From: Butyrivibrio sp.
GTDB lineage: Bacteria; Bacillota; Clostridia; Lachnospirales; Lachnospiraceae
Direction of reading: 5' to 3'
Assembly (NCBI GenBank): GCA_017620235.1
Contig: JAFZQT010000033.1
Location: forward strand, 42,114-106,113
DNA length: 64,000 nucleotides
Program-made: the position numbers and the translations under genes
Notes under the pieces: generated by a model
Database searches by the model: none
The model's input: the letters and a program-made list of their open reading frames with translations, nothing else
Told to the model about the DNA's origin: nothing
Shown: piece after piece, positions 27,622 through 37,664 of the stretch
Layout of the letters: every line of letters begins with the position of its first letter
Numbering within the stretch: the stretch's first letter is position 1

Positions 27622-27635
27622 TGTAAACGCTTTCA
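27622..27635. promoter_or_regulatory. cre-like (CcpA/LacI) site between tmcAL and ackA
   Basis: TGTAAACGCTTTCA matches TGWAANCGNTNWCA. Confidence 0.45.
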
Positions 27636-27730
27636 AAAATTTAAAATTTTTGTACACTTTTTCTATTGTTATGAAATAATATTATAAGTATCATGATTAT
27701 AATATTACATTTGAAAAGAGGCAATTTGAT

Positions 27731-28927
27731 ATGAAAATTTTAGTTATTAACTGTGGAAGCTCTTCACTTAAGTTCCAGCTTATCGATTCAGAGAGCGAGC
27801 AGGTTATCTGTAAGGGACTCTGCGAGAGAATCGGTATCGAAGGAAGCAGGATAGTATATACTCCGGAAGGAAAGGACAAGATCACAATCGAAACTCCGAT
27901 GCCAGATCACAACAAGGCTATCGAGCTCGTGATCGAAGCTCTTACCAATAAGGAGAACGGTGTAGTTGCTTCACTTGATGAGATCGGAGCTGTAGGACAT
28001 CGTATTGTTCACGGCGGAGAGAAGTTTACAGAGTCTGTTGTTATAAATGACGAAGTTATCAAGGCTATTGAGGATGTGAGCGATCTTGCTCCTTTGCACA
28101 ACCCTGCAAACCTCATCGGTATCAAGGCTTGCATGAACGCAATGCCCGGAGTACCTATGGTTGCGGTATTTGATACAGCATTCCATCAGACAATGCCTGA
28201 GAATGCATATCTATACGGACTTCATTATTCATACTACGAGAAGTACGGAATCAGAAGATACGGATTCCACGGAACAAGCCATTCTTATGTAAGTAAGAGA
28301 GCTGCCGAGATGCTCGGAAAGGACATCAAGGATCTTAAGCTTATCGTTTGTCACCTCGGTAACGGCGCTTCAGTTTCAGCTGTTAAGGGCGGCAAGTGCA
28401 TAGACACATCAATGGGACTTACACCTCTTGAGGGACTTATCATGGGAACAAGAACAGGAGACATCGATCCTTCTGTTGTTGAGTTCATTATGAAGAAAGA
28501 GAATCTCTCTGTTGCAGAGGTAAATAATATTCTAAATAAGAAGTCAGGTGTGTTCGGTCTTTCGAATGAGCTTTCATCTGATTTCAGAGATCTTGAGGAC
28601 GGATATTTAAGCGGAAATGAAGGCGCTAAACGTGCTGTTGACACATTCGCCTATAGAGTTGTAAAATACATTGGCGCTTATACTGCAGCAATGGGTGGAG
28701 TTGATGCAATCTGCTTTACTGCTGGTGTAGGTGAGAATAGTGGCTTTACTCGTAAAATCATAATTGATGGCCTTGGATTTATCGGTGCATCCTTGAATGA
28801 AGAGGCTAATACTGTACGTGGTAAGGAAGAGATTATTTCTAATCCTGATAGCAAAGTAACACTTATGGTTGTTCCTACAAATGAAGAGCTTGCGATCGCT
28901 CGCGATACTTACGCTCTTTGCAAATGA
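27731..28927 (+). CDS. ackA: Acetate kinase
   Basis: LVINCGSSSLK, GHRIVHGG, APLHNP, FDTAFHQT, YGFHGTSH, HLGNGAS, TNEE. Confidence 0.97.
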   Translation: MKILVINCGSSSLKFQLIDSESEQVICKGLCERIGIEGSRIVYTPEGKDKITIETPMPDHNKAIELVIEALTNKENGVVASLDEIGAVGHRIVHGGEKFTESVVINDEVIKAIEDVSDLAPLHNPANLIGIKACMNAMPGVPMVAVFDTAFHQTMPENAYLYGLHYSYYEKYGIRRYGFHGTSHSYVSKRAAEMLGKDIKDLKLIVCHLGNGASVSAVKGGKCIDTSMGLTPLEGLIMGTRTGDIDPSVVEFIMKKENLSVAEVNNILNKKSGVFGLSNELSSDFRDLEDGYLSGNEGAKRAVDTFAYRVVKYIGAYTAAMGGVDAICFTAGVGENSGFTRKIIIDGLGFIGASLNEEANTVRGKEEIISNPDSKVTLMVVPTNEELAIARDTYALCK

Positions 28928-28932
28928 CTTTT

Positions 28933-28960
28933 AAAGCCGACTTTTTAGTCGGCTTTTTTT
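28933..28960 (+). terminator. Intrinsic terminator after ackA
   Basis: AAAGCCGACT-TTTT-AGTCGGCTTTTTTT. Confidence 0.85.
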
Positions 28961-28990
28961 CTTATTTACTTGGTAATGGGAGAAAAGGTT

Positions 28991-30688
28991 ATGTATAGTA
29001 AAAAGAAGTGGGCAATACTATCCGGAATAAGTTTGCTGTACTTTATTTTGTGCGTTTTTTTTGGCAATTTAAGATATGTTACAAGTGATGACGCGATCAT
29101 GAACATGGTGGCGGCTGGGGCTTTTGGTAGCCCTTCGCAGTATCTTATTTTTAATAATATAGTCATCGGATATTTTCTCAAGTTTATGTATGCCGTGATA
29201 CCTTTTGTGAATTGGTATCTCTGGCTCTATCTGTCTTTTAATCTGTTGAGCATTATAGTTATCTGTGTTGTTATCACGGATAAACTTCCGATGCATGCAT
29301 CTATTCTTTTGACGGTGCTTATTAATCTCCTTTTTGCTTATGATTTTTATTCATTTATTCAATTTACGCAGAGCTCGGCTCTGTACGGCGTTGCCGGCAT
29401 AGCACTTATTTTTGCTCAGATTTTCAATGAAAAGAAATCGAAGATCCTCATGGTTATCGCTACAGCAATCATTGCCATGGGTGTCGGTGCGAGGCTTGCA
29501 GGCGTGTGTATGGTCGCACCTTTTGCTATGACGGTGATGCTTTTTTATAAAGGCGATTTAAAAAATAAGATAAAAAAGGTTGCAATCTTTTTCCTTATGC
29601 CTATAATTGTCACTGTGCTTATGTTGGCAGCGAATTTTTATGCATATTACGTGAATCCGGAGTGGAGATATTTTACCGACTGGAACAATATAATGTCGGA
29701 AAAGCGTGATTTTGGTAATTTCAATTTCAATTGGAATAAGGAAGAGTATCTGGAAGCAGGATTTACTGAGACCGACTTTAAGCTGCTTGATATGTGGCTT
29801 TGGAATGATACCGAATATTTCACGTTAGACAGGCTTAAAACGATGAAAGAGATCGGTAGTAGCACGAGAGTTGACAAGTTTAAGCTTGATGGCGAAGTCT
29901 TTACAGATTCGATTGAAAAAATAGGAGAGACGTGGAAACACGGTGCATATTCTGTTTCTTTCCTTGTGCTGACGATCATTGCACTTGTTCTATTTAAGAA
30001 AAGGTATAAATTATTCATATTATCCCAGGTGTTATTTTTGTTTGCCGAGTATTATGCTCTGACGTGCAAACGACGAATAATGTGGAGAGTTGAATGTTGT
30101 GCCTGGATCGCGGTTTTGATCTTTTCACTAATGTTCTTTGTATATTCGGGATGTTTTGATGATATTTTTGCAAAGATCAAAACGGATAAATTAAAGAAAG
30201 CGTTTGGTGTTTGCGCTATTTGTATATCGGCTGTTATTACTATAATATTTGGAGCGGGGAAAGCCGATATATTCATACATGAGAAGCATTGCAGTTTTAT
30301 TCCTGAAGATGACTGGATGCATGGCAAGGTAAAAGCGATAACGGAGCGAGAGGGATTTTATCTTACTGATATTGATACTATGTACAGTGATCTGTGCGGT
30401 GCGAGAAATATCTTTGATATTGATGCAAAATATCGCGATTATTATGCCAATGTTTGTCAGTTTGGGGGATGGATAATGCCTTCACCTATCGGGCTTTACC
30501 ATGCAAATCTGTATGGAATCGCTAATCCTGCCAGAGCTCTCGTTGAGAGAGACGATGTTTATTTTATAGGAGGCGGAGAGAAAGCCGGATATATACTTGT
30601 CTATTTAAATGAGAAATACGGGCCTGGAATCAATATGGAGATGGTTGACGAGATAAATGAAGCGCCCGTTTGGAGATTTTCTAAATGA
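28991..30688 (+). CDS. Multi-pass membrane protein, possible GT-C-fold glycosyltransferase
   Basis: About ten hydrophobic segments, a Y-x-T-S-DD acidic motif in the first loop after TM1, and a soluble C-terminal region. Confidence 0.55.
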   Translation: MYSKKKWAILSGISLLYFILCVFFGNLRYVTSDDAIMNMVAAGAFGSPSQYLIFNNIVIGYFLKFMYAVIPFVNWYLWLYLSFNLLSIIVICVVITDKLPMHASILLTVLINLLFAYDFYSFIQFTQSSALYGVAGIALIFAQIFNEKKSKILMVIATAIIAMGVGARLAGVCMVAPFAMTVMLFYKGDLKNKIKKVAIFFLMPIIVTVLMLAANFYAYYVNPEWRYFTDWNNIMSEKRDFGNFNFNWNKEEYLEAGFTETDFKLLDMWLWNDTEYFTLDRLKTMKEIGSSTRVDKFKLDGEVFTDSIEKIGETWKHGAYSVSFLVLTIIALVLFKKRYKLFILSQVLFLFAEYYALTCKRRIMWRVECCAWIAVLIFSLMFFVYSGCFDDIFAKIKTDKLKKAFGVCAICISAVITIIFGAGKADIFIHEKHCSFIPEDDWMHGKVKAITEREGFYLTDIDTMYSDLCGARNIFDIDAKYRDYYANVCQFGGWIMPSPIGLYHANLYGIANPARALVERDDVYFIGGGEKAGYILVYLNEKYGPGINMEMVDEINEAPVWRFSK

Positions 30689-30701
30689 GAGGGAACTTGC
30701 T

Positions 30702-31562
30702 ATGAAAGAACTGAACTCTTGCAAAGAGGCTATGGCTGAGAGCATGGAGAAAAAATATTTTTCCATCGCGCATCTTTATAAAGATGAAAAAGCTATGGAT
30801 ATGCATATTCACGATTGCTACGAGGTGTATTATTCGATATCAGGGGGGAAACAATTCCTTATCGATAATAAGGTTTATGACATTGCGCCGGGCGATATTT
30901 TTCTTATAAGTCAGTATGATTCGCATTATCTTACACAGATAGATAAAGAGCTTCATGAGAGAATAGTAATAATGATAGATCCTGAGTTTATGAAGAGCGT
31001 TTCAAGCCCTGAGACGGATCTTAATGCGTGTTTCCAGCATAACAGCGAGGAGTATTCTCACAAGATCAGTCTTAATCAGGAACAGCAAAAGAGATTTCTT
31101 TATTTTGTAAATAAGATACTTACGAGCAACGGATACGGACATGATCTTCTTGAAAAGGCTACATTTGTTGAGCTCTTTTTGATGATCAATAAGATACTTA
31201 TCGACAAGGACAGCGATAAGCAGGAAGAGGATGTTGCAACATATAACGAACAGGTTGATGCAATTCTTTCGTATCTTAACAACAATATACAGAATCCGGT
31301 TAGTATTGGAGATCTTGCCAAGCATTTCTATATCAGTGAATCGTATATCTGCAGAATATTTAAGTCGGCTACCGGAACTACTATAAATAAGTATATGACA
31401 GCAAGAAGAATATCTATTGCAAAGTCGCTTTTGGCGGAAGGAAAAGGAGTCAGCGAAGTCTGCGAAGAGTGCGGATTCTCGGACTACAGCAACTTCCTCA
31501 AGGCGTTCACAAAGTCGGTGGGCATTTCACCCAAGAAATACTCACAAAACTGCTATAGATAG
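30702..31562 (+). CDS. AraC-family regulator (cupin plus HTH)
   Basis: HIHDCYEVYY cupin; C-terminal CGFSDYSNFLKAFTKSVGISPKKY. Confidence 0.92.
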   Translation: MKELNSCKEAMAESMEKKYFSIAHLYKDEKAMDMHIHDCYEVYYSISGGKQFLIDNKVYDIAPGDIFLISQYDSHYLTQIDKELHERIVIMIDPEFMKSVSSPETDLNACFQHNSEEYSHKISLNQEQQKRFLYFVNKILTSNGYGHDLLEKATFVELFLMINKILIDKDSDKQEEDVATYNEQVDAILSYLNNNIQNPVSIGDLAKHFYISESYICRIFKSATGTTINKYMTARRISIAKSLLAEGKGVSEVCEECGFSDYSNFLKAFTKSVGISPKKYSQNCYR

Positions 31563-31576
31563 CATGTAAAAAACTG

Positions 31577-31605
31577 TTGACAAATAAAAAACCTATGAGT
31601 ATACT
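31577..31605 (+). promoter_or_regulatory. Sigma-A promoter of rpmF
   Basis: TTGACA-17 bp-TATACT. Confidence 0.75.
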
Positions 31606-31693
31606 ACATAGGTATGCTAATGAATAAACGTAAACAATTGCCTTTGTAAACAGGCAGTTTCTTATACGGTTACTGTAAGGAGGTGTTACTCAA

Positions 31694-31876
31694 ATGTCAA
31701 TCTGCCCTAAGAATAAGTCATCAAAAGGCCATAGAGAACAGAGAAGAGCTAACTGGAAAATGACAGCTCCCACTTTGGTAAAGTGCAGTCATTGTGGAGC
31801 TCTTATGCAGCCTCATCAGGTTTGCAAGAAGTGTGGCTACTACAATAAGAAGAGCATTGTTGAGACTGAGGCTTGA
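31694..31876 (+). CDS. rpmF: 50S ribosomal protein L32
   Basis: PKNKSSK..R..RRA and CSHC...CKKCGYY; strong AAGGAGGT RBS. Confidence 0.95.
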   Translation: MSICPKNKSSKGHREQRRANWKMTAPTLVKCSHCGALMQPHQVCKKCGYYNKKSIVETEA

Positions 31877-31912
31877 TATACTTTTGGTATGACCTCATAA
31901 AGTCAGAATTTA

Positions 31913-31948
31913 AAGGCTTTCCGGCTATGTCGGAAAGCCTTGATTTTT
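31913..31948 (+). terminator. Terminator-like hairpin after rpmF
   Basis: AAGGCTTTCCGGC-TAT-GTCGGAAAGCCTT followed by GATTTTT. Confidence 0.65.
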
Positions 31949-32001
31949 GTCAACCACTCTAGTATATTAAAATAAGTTCAATTTAATAGGAGGTCCCGAA
32001 T

Positions 32002-33009
32002 ATGTCGGAACTTGTACGTGTTGCCGTTGATGCTATGGGTGGAGACAACGCACCTGTTGCAACGGTCAAGGGAGCGGTTGAGGCAGTCGCCGAATCACAA
32101 GCTCTCAAAGTTTTTCTTGTCGGTAAGAAAGAGGTTCTGGAGAAAGAACTTTCTGCATACAGCTACGATAAAGACAGAATTGAAATCGTTGATGCAACAG
32201 AAGTCATAGAGATGGCGGAACCACCGGTTTTGGCTATCAGGACCAAGAAGGATTCGTCTATAGTTAAGGCTATGTATATGGTCAATCACGGCGAAGCTGA
32301 CGCTTATGTGTCTGCCGGAAGTACCGGAGCCACACTTGTTGGTGGCCAGGTAATTGTCGGAAGACTTAAGGGTGTAGACAGAGCACCTCTTGCGCCTCTT
32401 ATCCCTACAGAGAAGGGTAATTCTCTTTTGATCGACTGCGGAGCAAACGTTGATGCAAGAGCAAATCATCTTGTTCAGTTTGCTAAGATGGGAACCGTTT
32501 ATATGGAGAACATCATGGGAATCAAGAATCCCACCGTCGCTATCGTCAATATCGGCGCAGAAGAGGAGAAGGGAAATGCACTTGTCAAGGAGACATTCCC
32601 TCTTTTAAAGAATTGTCCCGATATCAACTTTATCGGAAGTATCGAGGCGAGAGACATTCCTGCAGGTAACGCTGACATTATCGTCTGCGAAGCATTTACA
32701 GGTAATGTAATTCTTAAGATGTATGAGGGTGTTGCAAAATCTCTTGTAAGCGTCATCAAAAAGGGACTTATGTCTAGCTTAAAGGCCAAGATCGGAGCTC
32801 TTTTGATTAAGGACGACCTCAAGAAGACACTTGGTAATTACAGTCTTGAGAAGCACGGCGGAGCACCTATGCTTGGATTAAAGGGGCTTGTCGTTAAAAC
32901 TCATGGAAGTTCAAGTTATATTGAGATCAAGAATTCAATATTACAGTGTGTAACTTTCACAGAGCAAAAAATAAGCGAAAAGATCAGCGCGAAGATTTCA
33001 CAGGAGTAA
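32002..33009 (+). CDS. plsX: Phosphate acyltransferase PlsX
   Basis: VAVDAMGGDNAP, SAGSTGA, DCGANVD, NIGAEEEKG, GGAPMLGL, KTHGSS. Confidence 0.96.
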   Translation: MSELVRVAVDAMGGDNAPVATVKGAVEAVAESQALKVFLVGKKEVLEKELSAYSYDKDRIEIVDATEVIEMAEPPVLAIRTKKDSSIVKAMYMVNHGEADAYVSAGSTGATLVGGQVIVGRLKGVDRAPLAPLIPTEKGNSLLIDCGANVDARANHLVQFAKMGTVYMENIMGIKNPTVAIVNIGAEEEKGNALVKETFPLLKNCPDINFIGSIEARDIPAGNADIIVCEAFTGNVILKMYEGVAKSLVSVIKKGLMSSLKAKIGALLIKDDLKKTLGNYSLEKHGGAPMLGLKGLVVKTHGSSSYIEIKNSILQCVTFTEQKISEKISAKISQE

Positions 33010-33088
33010 ATTATTCCGTTTGAAATTGCTGTGAATTCGTTTAAAAAAAGAAATAAAAAAAGCTGCCATGCAGTGGAGGAAAAGTTTT

Positions 33089-33325
33089 ATGGAATTTGAG
33101 AAAATGAAAGAAGTTATTGCCAGCGTGCTCAATGTTGATCCCGAGGAGATTAAGATGGATACAACATTCACAGAGGATCTCGGAGCTGATTCTCTTGATC
33201 TTTTCCAGATCATTATGGGACTTGAGGATGAATTTGATGTCCAGATAGATCCCGAAAAGACTGAAAACATCAAAACTGTTGGGGAAGCTGTTGAGCTTTT
33301 GAAGGCTGCAATAGAAACTAAGTAA
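33089..33325 (+). CDS. acpP: Acyl carrier protein
   Basis: DLGADSLD phosphopantetheine site; GGAGG RBS before ATG 33089. Confidence 0.95.
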   Translation: MEFEKMKEVIASVLNVDPEEIKMDTTFTEDLGADSLDLFQIIMGLEDEFDVQIDPEKTENIKTVGEAVELLKAAIETK

Positions 33326-33411
33326 TTCTCAATCGATTTTTTTGTACTATCTGAGGCAGCATTATAACTGCCTCTTTTCTATTTTTATTCTAAACACTTT
33401 TCGAGGTGACT

Positions 33412-34107
33412 ATGTTAACGGAAAACGACATCAGCAGACTGGAACAGACTATCGGTTATGAATTCAAAAACAAAGCGCTTATTATAGAGGCTCTTACACA
33501 CAGTTCTTATGTGAATGAGCACAAAATCAATAAAAAACATGATTATGAACGCCTTGAATTTCTCGGAGATGCTATTTTGGAGATGATCTCAAGTGAGTAT
33601 CTTTTTAAGACATTTCCTGAAAAGAAAGAGGGCGAGATGTCAAAAATAAGAGCAGCTCTTGTTTGCGAACCGGCTCTTTATCATGATTCTCTTCAGATCG
33701 ATCTTAAAAATTATATCCAGTTTGGTAAAGGTGAAGAGGCTACAGGCGGAAGAAACAAGGAGTCTATCATCGCTGATGTTATGGAAGCTGTTATCGGAGC
33801 TCTTTATCTGGACGGCGGTTTTGAAGAATCTAAGAAATTCATTGATAATTACGTTCTTACAAATGCTGAATCTTATCAGATGTACAACGACAACAAATCA
33901 ACTTTGCAGGAGATAGTGCAGAGTATGAAACTTGGCACTGTCAGATATGAAACATGTGGCGAAAGTGGACCTGAACATGATAAAATGTTCAAGGTTCGTG
34001 TTTATGTAGCAGATAAGAATATGGGAGAAGGGACTGGTAGGACCAAGAAAAGTGCTGAGCAACAGGCGGCATATCAGGCGGTTCTTACTTTGAACAAAAA
34101 GAAATAA
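33412..34107 (+). CDS. rnc: Ribonuclease III
   Basis: ERLEFLGDAIL, EAVIGALYLDGG and a C-terminal dsRBD (GTGRTKKSAEQQAA). Confidence 0.96.
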   Translation: MLTENDISRLEQTIGYEFKNKALIIEALTHSSYVNEHKINKKHDYERLEFLGDAILEMISSEYLFKTFPEKKEGEMSKIRAALVCEPALYHDSLQIDLKNYIQFGKGEEATGGRNKESIIADVMEAVIGALYLDGGFEESKKFIDNYVLTNAESYQMYNDNKSTLQEIVQSMKLGTVRYETCGESGPEHDKMFKVRVYVADKNMGEGTGRTKKSAEQQAAYQAVLTLNKKK

Positions 34108-37100
34108 TGTATTTAAAAAGTATTGAGATTCATGGTTTTAAATCATTTGCCAATAAAATAAAATTCGATTTTCATAACGGCATTACCGGAATCGTTGGAC
34201 CTAACGGTTCAGGAAAGAGTAATGTCGCAGACGCCGTAAGATGGGTTCTCGGTGAGCAGCGTATCAAGCAGCTTCGTGGTGGATCCATGCAGGACGTCAT
34301 TTTCTCGGGAACAGAGCTCAGAAAACCACTGGGCTATGCTTATGTTGCCATCACATTGGATAATTCCGACCATTCACTCGCAATAGATTATGATGAAGTC
34401 ACCGTCTCCAGACGTCTCTATCGTTCGGGAGAGAGTGAATATATGATAAACGGCTCTGTATGCCGTCTTAAGGACGTAAATGAGCTGTTTATGGATACCG
34501 GTATCGGTAAAGAGGGATACTCTATCATCGGACAGGGTCAGATCGATCAGATCCTTTCAAGTAAGCCCGAAGACAGAAGAAATCTTTTTGACGAAGCTGC
34601 AGGTATCGTTAAGTTTAAGTCAAGAAAAGAGACTGCGATAAAGAAGCTCGCCGAAGAGAAGATAAATCTCACTAGAATCAGCGATATTCTCGCAGAGCTC
34701 GAAAAGCAGACGGGACCTTTGGAGAAACAGTCCGAAAAGGCAAAAGAGTATTTGAAATACAGAGAGAGACTTAAGACTCTCGATGTAAATATGTTCCTTG
34801 TTGAGAATAAAAATCAAAAGGAACAGCTCGAAGATGCAGGAAAGAACCTCCTCATAGCAACAGAGTCTCTTGGTGAATCCAAGAACAATTATGAGAAGGC
34901 AAAAGAAGAATATGAAAATATCCAGAAGAAGCTCGAACAGCTCGATGCAGAGATAGACGAAGCAAGAGCAAAGATTACGGATTCTTCTGTTAAAAAAGAA
35001 AAGCTTGAGGGTCAGATCGGAATTCTCAACGAGAAGATCAATTCAGCATCCTCAAACGATGCTCATTTCAAGACAAGAATCAACGATGAGCAGGCAAAGA
35101 TTGCCGACAAAAATAAAGAAAAAGAGAAGTACTTGCAGGAAAAAGCCGAGATTGACGAAGAGGTTGCAAAGCTCCTTGCAAGTAAGGATGAAGCAAGAAA
35201 AGAACTTGATAAAGTTCTCAATGAGATCAGCGGAATAAATGACCAGATTGAAGAGTGCAAGAGTACTATCATCGAGACTCTCAATACAAGGGCTAACATC
35301 AAGTCAAAGCTCAGTTCCCTCGATACAATGAAGGAACAGGTCAATATCAGAAAAGCTGAACTTACCGGTAAGCTTGTTCGTGCGCAGTCTGATGAATCCA
35401 GACAGGAAGAGACGATCAAGAAATTAAGGGATGAGTTCGATGCGATAACTGCTGAGATCTCAGAGATGAACAAGAGACAGAAAGCTACTGATCAGGAGAT
35501 CGTGGCTATCAAAGAGACAATGTCTCTTAAGGACACTGAGCTTCGCAAGACTCAGGGACTTTATCAGCAGGAAAAATCAAGGCTCGATGCACTTGCCAAT
35601 ATCACTGAGAGATACGAAGGATACGGCGGAAGTGTCAAGAAGGTAATGGAGAGGAAGGACACCGTTCAGGGAATTATCGGTGTTGTTGCCGACATTATCA
35701 AGACTGAGCCTAAGTATGAGACTGCCATTGAGGTTGCACTCGGCGGTAATATCCAGAATATCGTTACGGATGATGAAGAGACTGCAAAGAAGATGATCGC
35801 TTATCTTAAGGAAACAAGGGCTGGTAGAGCGACATTTTTACCTCTTACATCACTTGATAATCCGCCTGAGCTCAAGGCTAAGGAAGCACTCAATGAAGAG
35901 GGTGTTCTTGGTATGGCTGATGAGCTCGTTCAGACAGATCCAAGATATAAGAGCGTTGCAAAGGCTATGCTCGGAAGGATCGTCGCTGTCGATAACATCG
36001 ATAATGCAGTAAAGATCGCAAAGAAATACAGATACACCGTAAGAATGGTAACTCTTGAGGGTGAACTTCTTGTTCCCGGAGGAGCCATCAGTGGTGGTGC
36101 GTTTAAGAATAACAGTAATCTCCTCGGAAGACGTCGTGAGATGGACGAGATGGAGCTTAATGTTCAGAAATATAAGGAACAGATCGAGAGACTTCAGGCA
36201 GAGATCGCGGAGGCAAAAGAAAAGAGAAACGAACTCCGTACTCTTTCAGAGGAACTTCGTACAGAACTTCAGGGCAAGTTTATTGCCCAGAATACGGCAA
36301 GACTTAATGTCGAGAACGAGGAAGCCAGACAGGAAGAGCAAAAGGGTAACTATAGCGACCTTAAGGCTGAGAACGACGAGATAGAGACAAGAATTGCCGA
36401 GATCGAGGCTGAGAAAGAGGAAGCTCTTTCTGCTCTTACAGAGTCCGAGAATACAGAGAAGACCTGCACTGAACAGGTTGAGAAGTTCAAGGCTACTCTC
36501 GAAGAATTACATGCTGTCGAAGAGCGCGAAAATGATGCTGTTTCCGTAAAAGAGATCGAATACGAGAAGAGTCATCAGAAGCAGGAATTCTATCAGCAGA
36601 ATGTCGATCGTGTAAATGAAGATATTGAAACTGAAGAGAAAGCACTTGCCGAGATCATTGAATCAATGAATGAGAACGCAAGGCTTCTTGAGCAGAACAA
36701 GAAAGATATAGAAGAGATCAGACTTACAATCGAGGCATCTTTGGATGTTCAGTCTGATGCTACTAAGGAACTCGAAGAGAAGAAAGAGATAAAGAATAAT
36801 CTCTCTGAATCTCAGAAAGAGTTTTTTGGAAAGACGGAAGAGCTCAATAAGCAGATGTCAGATCTTGAGAAGGAAGTTATGCGACTTACTTCCAAGAAGG
36901 AAAAATGCGAAGAGGCGATCGAATCTCAGATCAACTACATGTGGAATGAGTATGAAATCACATTGTCAGATGCTGCCGACCTTCGCGATGAGGAAATGAA
37001 TGATGTTCCTTCAATGAGAAGAGAAATTCATTCTTTGAAGGATTCGATCAGAAAACTTGGCGATGTCAATGTAAATGCCATTGAGGATTACAAGAACCTC

Positions 37101-37664
37101 ATGGAGAGATATACATTTATGAAGACTCAGCACGATGATCTTATCGAAGCTGAGAAACAGCTTCAGGAGATCATTGATGACCTTGATGAGTCAATGAGAA
37201 AGCAGTTCATGGAGCAGTTTAAGCTCATAAATACTGAGTTTGACCAGGTATTTAAGGAAATGTTCGGTGGAGGAAAAGGAACGCTTGAACTTGCAGAGGA
37301 TGAGGACATCCTTGAAGCAGGAATTAAGATCAACGCTCAGCCTCCGGGAAAGAAACTTGTCAATATGATGCAGATGTCCGGTGGAGAGAAGGCTCTTACG
37401 GCGATTGCGCTTCTTTTTGCGATCCAGAACCTCAAACCTTCGCCATTCTGTCTTCTTGATGAGATCGAAGCGGCGCTTGATGAAAACAACGTTGTACGTT
37501 TTGCAAAATATTTGCACAAGCTTTCCAATACACAGTTCATTGTAATTACGCACCGTCGTGGTACAATGGAAAGTGCCGACAGACTTTACGGTATTACGAT
37601 GCAGGAAAAAGGTGTATCAACACTTGTAAGCGTAAATCTTATCGATAAGGAGCTCAGCAACTGA
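34107..37664 (+). CDS. smc: Chromosome partition protein Smc
   Basis: GFKSF, GPNGSGKSN, hinge GRATFLPL, MSGGEK, LDEIEAALD, long coiled coils. Confidence 0.97.
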   Translation: MYLKSIEIHGFKSFANKIKFDFHNGITGIVGPNGSGKSNVADAVRWVLGEQRIKQLRGGSMQDVIFSGTELRKPLGYAYVAITLDNSDHSLAIDYDEVTVSRRLYRSGESEYMINGSVCRLKDVNELFMDTGIGKEGYSIIGQGQIDQILSSKPEDRRNLFDEAAGIVKFKSRKETAIKKLAEEKINLTRISDILAELEKQTGPLEKQSEKAKEYLKYRERLKTLDVNMFLVENKNQKEQLEDAGKNLLIATESLGESKNNYEKAKEEYENIQKKLEQLDAEIDEARAKITDSSVKKEKLEGQIGILNEKINSASSNDAHFKTRINDEQAKIADKNKEKEKYLQEKAEIDEEVAKLLASKDEARKELDKVLNEISGINDQIEECKSTIIETLNTRANIKSKLSSLDTMKEQVNIRKAELTGKLVRAQSDESRQEETIKKLRDEFDAITAEISEMNKRQKATDQEIVAIKETMSLKDTELRKTQGLYQQEKSRLDALANITERYEGYGGSVKKVMERKDTVQGIIGVVADIIKTEPKYETAIEVALGGNIQNIVTDDEETAKKMIAYLKETRAGRATFLPLTSLDNPPELKAKEALNEEGVLGMADELVQTDPRYKSVAKAMLGRIVAVDNIDNAVKIAKKYRYTVRMVTLEGELLVPGGAISGGAFKNNSNLLGRRREMDEMELNVQKYKEQIERLQAEIAEAKEKRNELRTLSEELRTELQGKFIAQNTARLNVENEEARQEEQKGNYSDLKAENDEIETRIAEIEAEKEEALSALTESENTEKTCTEQVEKFKATLEELHAVEERENDAVSVKEIEYEKSHQKQEFYQQNVDRVNEDIETEEKALAEIIESMNENARLLEQNKKDIEEIRLTIEASLDVQSDATKELEEKKEIKNNLSESQKEFFGKTEELNKQMSDLEKEVMRLTSKKEKCEEAIESQINYMWNEYEITLSDAADLRDEEMNDVPSMRREIHSLKDSIRKLGDVNVNAIEDYKNLMERYTFMKTQHDDLIEAEKQLQEIIDDLDESMRKQFMEQFKLINTEFDQVFKEMFGGGKGTLELAEDEDILEAGIKINAQPPGKKLVNMMQMSGGEKALTAIALLFAIQNLKPSPFCLLDEIEAALDENNVVRFAKYLHKLSNTQFIVITHRRGTMESADRLYGITMQEKGVSTLVSVNLIDKELSN

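Noticed and set aside
27666-27683. Rex operator upstream of ackA
   Set aside because: TTGTTA is present, but the second half-site and spacing do not fit TTGTTA-N6-TAACAA.
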